Source of the DNA: Octopus vulgaris | Taxonomy: Eukaryota | Length of the DNA: 64,000 nucleotides | Reading direction: 5' to 3' | Assembly: GCA_951406725.2 (NCBI GenBank) | Contig: OX597817.1 | Span: 132,308,001-132,372,000, forward strand | Part shown: one piece after another, positions 57,144-64,000 of the stretch | How positions within the stretch are numbered: position 1 is the first letter of the stretch | Layout: the number at the start of each line of letters is the position of its first letter | Made by a program: the position numbers and the translations under genes | The notes under the pieces: generated by a model | What the model saw: the letters and a program-made list of their open reading frames with translations, nothing else | What the model was told of the DNA's origin: nothing | Databases searched by the model: none

Positions 57144-58672
57144 TTAGCATAAAAGCCGCATCGGTGCGGGTTTGTTGGCCAATTGGGCCAGCAGCCCAAA
57201 ACTAAAGAGAGGAAATGATTATAAAGCATTTATTGGTACCCTACCATCTCACATTTATACAGAGTATCACATTTGGAGAATTTTGTATAACTGACTTTGG
57301 CGACCACTGTAAAACAGCACGATAAACAATATTCTTGATTTTACTATTTGATGTGACTACGAAGAGATTGTTGCCATTTCAAGTTCTGGAATAACCAACA
57401 TAGAGCTGACCATGGGAAAAGCATTGCTGCATGAGGTGAAGTCCAACAACCTTCAGTGATAGTCCTTGACCCTTGTTAATTGATATTGCAAAATTAACTT
57501 TCACTGGAAATTGAGGTCTCTTGAATTCAAAAGGTATGTCTGCTGGAATCAGTGGAATTCCTGGAATAAACTCATTTTCTCCCTTTTCATCTGCAGTGAG
57601 GATTGTTGCTTTCAAAATATGTGGATGCATTTAGCTGACAATCAGTCTTGTTCCACCGCACAGTTTTGTGGGGTCCAGATTTCTCAAGAGCATGATTGAA
57701 ACTCCTTTCATCAATGTCATATCATGAGAAAGCTTTCCAGGAGAATCTGAAGAGTGATTGTGTAATTTTCTATTTGACAACCTGAACTTTGGTGCAAGCA
57801 TGTCTCGTTCGCAAAGCCAAACATGATCTTGAAGATTATGTCCAATGTTTGGGTAAGCATTGGTAATCAATTCCTCTACCGTACTGACCAAAATGCCACA
57901 GCCATTTTAAAAAGTGACGTCCCTGTTACTGTCGTGCTCAATGTTCACATTTCCCAGATACAGTATCTGAGCTGCAAACATTCCGGCATCCAAATCTCTG
58001 AAAGTCCGATCCGGCCGGAAGTCTGACTTGGTCCGAAAGTTCGAGGTTTTCCATATTACCTTCCGAGTGCTTCAATTCACAAACTCTGCGGAACTTCAAA
58101 ACCGAATGAACAGGAAACCTTTCATTCTAACTAAATCTGATTGGCCGGAAATTCGATTTTGGCGTAAGTCCGACTTGGGCTGAAAGACTGATTTGGTCCG
58201 AATGTTCCTTCCGTATGCTTCAATTCACATACTATACGGAACTTCAAAACCTCACGAATACGGAACCTCTTATTCTAAGTTGGATCTAGTTTTAATTAAT
58301 TAATAATTTATAATTTTAGCAAGTACTCCGGTACGATAAAATAACTCTTTAAGGTAACATTATACAAATTCTATAATTATAAACAGAATGTGTTTAACCT
58401 AAGTCGTGTGGATTCCGTATTTTTTCTCTTTGCCTACGTAAAAAAAGTGTGTTACGGTGTGGGAGATATTTATGGTAGTGGAAAAAGTATTTTAACTGCT
58501 ATTTCTAAATTCTGTGCTTTGTGAGGCAATTAGCTGACCCCTGATTATAATTATATTTACAATTATAGAATATTTGTATAATGTTGCCCTAAAGGGTTAT
58601 TTTAACGTATCGAACTACTTGGTAAAATTATTAATTATTAATTAATTAATATCACCCTTTTATTTTTAGTGA
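57144..58672 (-). mobile_element. Internally deleted Helitron
   Basis: PIF1-helicase remnants (LLRNLDPTKLCGGTRL; FKRPQFPVKVNFAISINKGQGLSL...FSHGQLYV); 3' hairpin ccgca-ccga-tgcgg 8 nt before CTAA|T; a probable A|TC 5' end near 58672 (less certain). Confidence 0.85.
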
Positions 58673-58683
58673 TATATATATAT

Positions 58684-59019
58684 GGAGATGTACTCGCATA
58701 GCAAGTGATTTGATCTGAGATCGTGTGCTGAAACGAAAACAATTGCAGCGTGGAAGGTGTTTGTAAGCCATTTAAGAAACACACAAAAGTCGTTCGATTC
58801 ACTTCAACATTTAAGTTTAATTTGTCAAAATATTTTCGTCGCTAAAATCCTCGACCTGTTCACTGATAAAAATCCGTGCAGCACGGATTTTTGTCAGTGA
58901 ACAGGTCGCGGTCTTATAGCGACGAAAATATTTTGACAAATTAAACTTAAATGTTGAAGTGAATCGAACGCTTTTGTGTGTTTCTTAAATGGCTTACAAA
59001 CACCTTCCACGCTGCAATT

Positions 59020-59023
<4 letters not shown>
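58684..59023. mobile_element. Palindromic element, family E, second copy; intact G3-C8 HHR-like motif at 58890-58940 (+)
   Basis: Near-perfect palindrome centred on aaaaatccgtgc-a-gcacggattttt. Confidence 0.9.
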
Positions 59024-59077
<54 letters not shown>

Positions 59078-59764
59078 ATGTTGAATAAGGTACTTCATTT
59101 GGGGCACCTAGTTAAGTTGGAATAATATACACACACAACAATTATTTACAAATATCAGCCTTGGTATATAAATACTGCAGAATGAAATTCCTGTAGTGCT
59201 CGCATAAAATTAGACTCAGCAGAGCATACAATCAGCTCTTGAGCTATTCAGACACATTCACTTCCTTAAATGTACAGTCCGTAGTAATCTTCAGAGTAAG
59301 GGTACGTTCTAAGACAGGTCAATAACATAGATAAATGTAGGACAAATGTCAATCCATTAAGGCCGTTTCTAACAACTCCTTTAGAGATATCACAGACAAA
59401 CAGAGCCACAGCTTCCTCTATTGTTAGTAGTGGGGATAATCGGGTCCCCGATGGTCGCTTATTTCTTCTCATCGTAAAAATATATATGTTTATTTACATT
59501 TAATTAATGATGGTAAATAATATTTTTTGAAATATTGTATAATACTTGTAATAGTATTTTATGTAAATGCATTGTGTTATTATCTGTCATGTTTCAGTCA
59601 TTTGACTGCGACCCCAGGACTTATTCTTTGTAAACTTAGTACTTATTCTGTCGGTCTCATTTGCCTGAACGCTAAGTGACGGGGAGGTAACATCGGTTGC
59701 CAAGCGATGGTGGGGGACAAACACAAACACAAATAACAAACACACACATACATATATATATATG

Positions 59765-59809
<45 letters not shown>

Positions 59810-59876
59810 GACGGAACTATGTGGTTGGTAAGCAAGCTTCTTACCACACAGCCACGTCTGTATATGCATATGTGTT

Positions 59877-59955
<79 letters not shown>

Positions 59956-59990
59956 ATATATATATATTCATACATACATACATACATACA

Positions 59991-60024
<34 letters not shown>

Positions 60025-60051
60025 CATACATACATACATACATACATACAC

Positions 60052-60234
60052 CATGATAGATCGTTAGATACTACACGCATTTTTTCTCTCCTTGTTTTTT
60101 TCTGTGTATCTTTCTGTCGAAGAGCGTAGGCTCGAAACGTAAAAGACTTTTTCTATTCCTGAGCGCTATACTAATACATTTGTTTGTTTGTACTCCACCT
60201 GCGTTCGTCTATTGTTTATTTTCACAAACTTTAC

Positions 60235-60238
<4 letters not shown>
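60052..60238 (+). mobile_element. Solo PLE pLTR, family A, with the best-preserved HHR-like motif (60109-60146)
   Basis: ucuuu CUGUCGA A gagc guag gcuc GAAACGUA aaaga. Confidence 0.8.
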
Positions 60239-60289
<51 letters not shown>

Positions 60290-60927
60290 TATACAGACAC
60301 AAACACACACACACAATATATATGTTCTGGCAGTTGTGCTTTATTATTATTACTGTTGCTGCTCACGGTAATAATGGCGATGAAGAAGAAAGCTAAGTGA
60401 TGGATGTATACTGCTCCAATCGTTTGCCGGTCTGTTCGATGTTAGATTATCCGACCAGCTTTATAGAACTATAGCGACCTACCCAAGAATGCAACGAAAC
60501 GTCTGCAATCAAATCCCAAAACAGGAGTAGAGAGTATACTACTTCTTGTACTAAACCAAGGTGTATTTAAAATAATATAATTAGGGCGCTTTCTTGAGTC
60601 CCAGAATCTGAAAAAAATTACAGATTTTTAAGTTAGCAGACATTTTGAAAATAGCAGATTTTGCGGAGTTCATGCCTTTCCCTTGGGTATCAGATGACGT
60701 ATGTGAAAATGGTTCTTAAACGAAATTAAAAACAAGGAACTCATTTGGTTGAATGGCACTTTGGCACCGTCCCCCCTACACCCCGCTGTGTCATGGTCTA
60801 CGGCATCTGATGTACTGTCATTGAAGGAAACTCTGTGTTACAGCACTCAGCCGCCGCCAATAAATATCGTTTTACTGATAGGTTTTGTGTGTAAAACTCT
60901 CCTGGGAAACACCGGCTCCAAACTGCA

Positions 60928-60928
<1 letters not shown>

Positions 60929-61008
<80 letters not shown>

Positions 61009-61010
61009 TG

Positions 61011-61059
<49 letters not shown>

Positions 61060-61064
61060 TGATG

Positions 61065-61131
<67 letters not shown>

Positions 61132-61211
61132 TGATGATAATAATAATGATGATGATAATAATAATAATAATAATAATGATAATAATAATAATAATAATAA
61201 TGATGATGATG

Positions 61212-61254
<43 letters not shown>

Positions 61255-61304
61255 TGATGATGATGATAATAATAATGATGATGATGATAATAATAATAAT
61301 AATG

Positions 61305-61338
<34 letters not shown>

Positions 61339-61381
61339 TAATAATAATAATAATGATGATGATGATGATGATGATAATAAC

Positions 61382-61416
<35 letters not shown>

Positions 61417-61484
61417 TAATAATAATGATAATAATAATAATGATAATAATAATGATAATAATAATAATAATAATAATAATATTG

Positions 61485-61527
<43 letters not shown>

Positions 61528-61537
61528 TAATAATAAC

Positions 61538-61590
<53 letters not shown>

Positions 61591-61645
61591 TGATAATAAT
61601 AACTGCAGCAACATCAACAGCAAGAATAATTGGAAGACCGGTAGT

Positions 61646-61730
<85 letters not shown>
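60929..61730. repeat. Compound (AAT)n/(GAT)n then (CAG)/(TAG)n microsatellite
   Basis: About 670 bp of AAT/GAT triplets directly visible. Confidence 0.97.
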
Positions 61731-61731
<1 letters not shown>

Positions 61732-61884
61732 GAATGATAATGGTTATAGTTGTTGTGCTTGTGGTTTTCGACGGTGGTGTTTGTGATTGAGGAAGAGGTA
61801 AAAGAAGAAAACGAAGATGACGCTGAAGATGATGATGAGGAGGAGGAGGAGGATGATAATGACGGTGTTAGTTATACTACTGAA

Positions 61885-61930
<46 letters not shown>

Positions 61931-63459
61931 CTGGTGTCTGTACTATTGCTGCTATTGGGAGAGATAATAGTGATGAAGATGAAAGGAAAGAGAATATGAA
62001 ATGAAATAAAACGGAAAAAGAGAGAAGACGAAGAGACAAAATGTCGGCGAAGCAGGTGGCGGGAGAAATCTCGCGCCATTTGACGTTTAAAACCCAATTA
62101 CAGACAGAATACATTCTGGGAATAAAAGAAGCTGTAAAACAGAAACGCGAATAAAGATGGCAGCAGGAACACAACAACGACAGCGGCGGCGGCGGCAGCA
62201 GCAGCAGCAGCAGCAGCAGTAACAAAAGCAAGAAAAAAAACAACCCAAAATTCATTGGAAAGACGAGCGTTTTTGGTGAGAGAAGACGGTATGCCTTAAC
62301 CATGATGAACATACGGTGGTCCATAGTTGACGGAGACAAGAGGTAACCAAGCGTGAAATGTTGGCGTTCTTTCCATCAGATGATCTTTAGAAGCTAATAT
62401 TTCCTCGCGACCGTTTTTCATTATCTATTTTTATCCTTTATCAAATCTTTTAAGACATTATACGTTTCCTTTTCTTTTTCCTTTTTCCTTCTTTTTCCTT
62501 TTTCCTTCAGTTTTTCCCGTTCATCTCTCATCCGTTGAATTCATTTGCCTTCATCCGTTTCGCTTCTTCTTCATTTTCACTTTTGCCTTTTTTCCATTCC
62601 GCTCCCTTTTCTTCATCCTTTCATCTCTCTCTCTGTCTCTCTCATTCTTTCTCTCTCTCTTTCTATCCATCTATCTATAAATCTCTCTCTCCTCCTTTCT
62701 CTCTCTCTCTCTCTCTCTCCTTCCTTCTCTCTCTCTCTCTCCTTCTTTCTCTCTCTCTCCCTCTCTCTCTGCCTATGAATCTATCTATAAATCTCTCTCT
62801 CCTTCTTTCCCTGTCTCCTTCTTCCTCTCTATCTACCTATCTAACTATCTATCTGTAAATCTCTCTCTCTTTCTCTCTCTCTCTCCTCGCCCTCTCTATC
62901 TAATTATCTATCTATCTATCTAAATCTCTCTCTCTTTCTGTCTCCCTCCCTCCCCCTCTCTATCTACCTATCTATCTATAAATCTTTCTCTCTCGTTCTC
63001 TTCCTCGCCTTCTCCCTCTCTCTATCTATCTATAAACCTCTCTCACTTTCTCTCTCTCGCTCTCCCTCTCTATCTATCTATTCGTATTGCCGTCAAGGTT
63101 TTTGTAAACGCTGGAGTCAATTCGAAATTGACGCCTTCACGTGCCAGATGGTAAAACCAAAATCCTTATCTACTGCTCCGTTGACTACTTCTTGGAACTG
63201 CTTTGTTTTGTCTTATTTTTAATATCATCATTATTATGATTGTTATATTTCTTGGCAGTCGTTGTTGTTGTTGTTGGTGGTGGTGATATTTTTCATTGTC
63301 TTTGAGTCTTAACATACATCAAACTGTTTGTGAAGATTGTTCGACGATGGAATTTTAAGATGGAATCACCGCTTCTGCTACAAAGGCTAATATGAATGCT
63401 TTGCAGTGATTTATGAGAAATACGGTGAAAATCAAGATGATTTTATATTTATCTTTTTC

Positions 63460-63852
63460 TACTCTCGGCACAAGACCCGAAATTTTGAGAGAGGGGTGGC
63501 CAGTCGATTAGATCGACACCAGTAGGCAGCTGGTACTTAATTTATCGACCTCGAAGCGATGATAGGCAAAGACGACCTCGGTAGACTTTGAACTCAGAAC
63601 ATAAAGACAGACGAAATGCCTATTTCTTTACTACGCACAAGGAGCTAAACACAGAGAGGACAAACAAGGACAGACAAACGAATTAAGTCGATTATATCGA
63701 CCCCAGTGCGTAACTGGTACTTATTTAATCGACTCCGAAAGGATGAAAGGCAAAGTCGACCTCGGTGGAATTTGAACTCAGAACGTAGTGGCAAACGAAA
63801 TACCGCTAAGCATTTTGCCCGGCGTGCTAACGTTTCTGCCAGCTCGCCGCCT
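63460..63852 (-). mobile_element. SINE family 2: full copy (63619-63852) abutting an older partial copy
   Basis: Reverse complement of 33551-33781 plus a second Nin-domain segment. Confidence 0.88.
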
Positions 63853-64000
63853 TTTATAGCTTATATTTATTAAATTTACAATGTTAACAGGAAGCACGAT
63901 TTTATAATTCTGTGTATGTGTGTGTGTGTGTGTGTTTTATTTTGTATGCGTGCAGTTTTTTTCACTGTTTCGTTGTGGAGGAAAAGCATTGCACATGAAC

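Noticed and set aside
60749-61790. Poly-Asn, poly-Ile and poly-Leu ORFs
   Set aside because: Frames of an (AAT/GAT)n microsatellite.

Overview
AT-rich, microsatellite-saturated eukaryotic DNA. The SINE families and the (TA)n/(CA)n density are most consistent with an octopus/coleoid cephalopod genome (inference). The window appears largely intronic or intergenic. Only two convincing host exons are visible (1852-1968 and 22754-22834, + strand, both phase 0). The rest is transposon debris: a full-length decayed Tc1, two mariners, a Helitron with its 3' hairpin/CTRR end, hAT-, piggyBac- and Merlin/MULE-like MITEs (one carrying TTAGGG repeats), four tRNA-SINE families, an R4/Dong-like LINE tip and many Penelope-like element (PLE) fragments. 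Nearly all ORFs in the supplied track are microsatellite artefacts. The main hidden signal is at least seven sequence-distinct families of minimal type I hammerhead-ribozyme (HHR)-like motifs. They sit in short PLE pseudo-LTRs embedded in (TA)n tracts, often as fold-back palindromes. Besides canonical CUGANGA cores there are non-canonical ones: a G3-C8 compensatory swap (GUGAACA), a likely U3-A8 swap (UUGAAAA), and A6U (CUGUNGA) and U4C (CCGANGA) families with loop-less palindromic helix III. All folds were read by eye; none was computed or tested.
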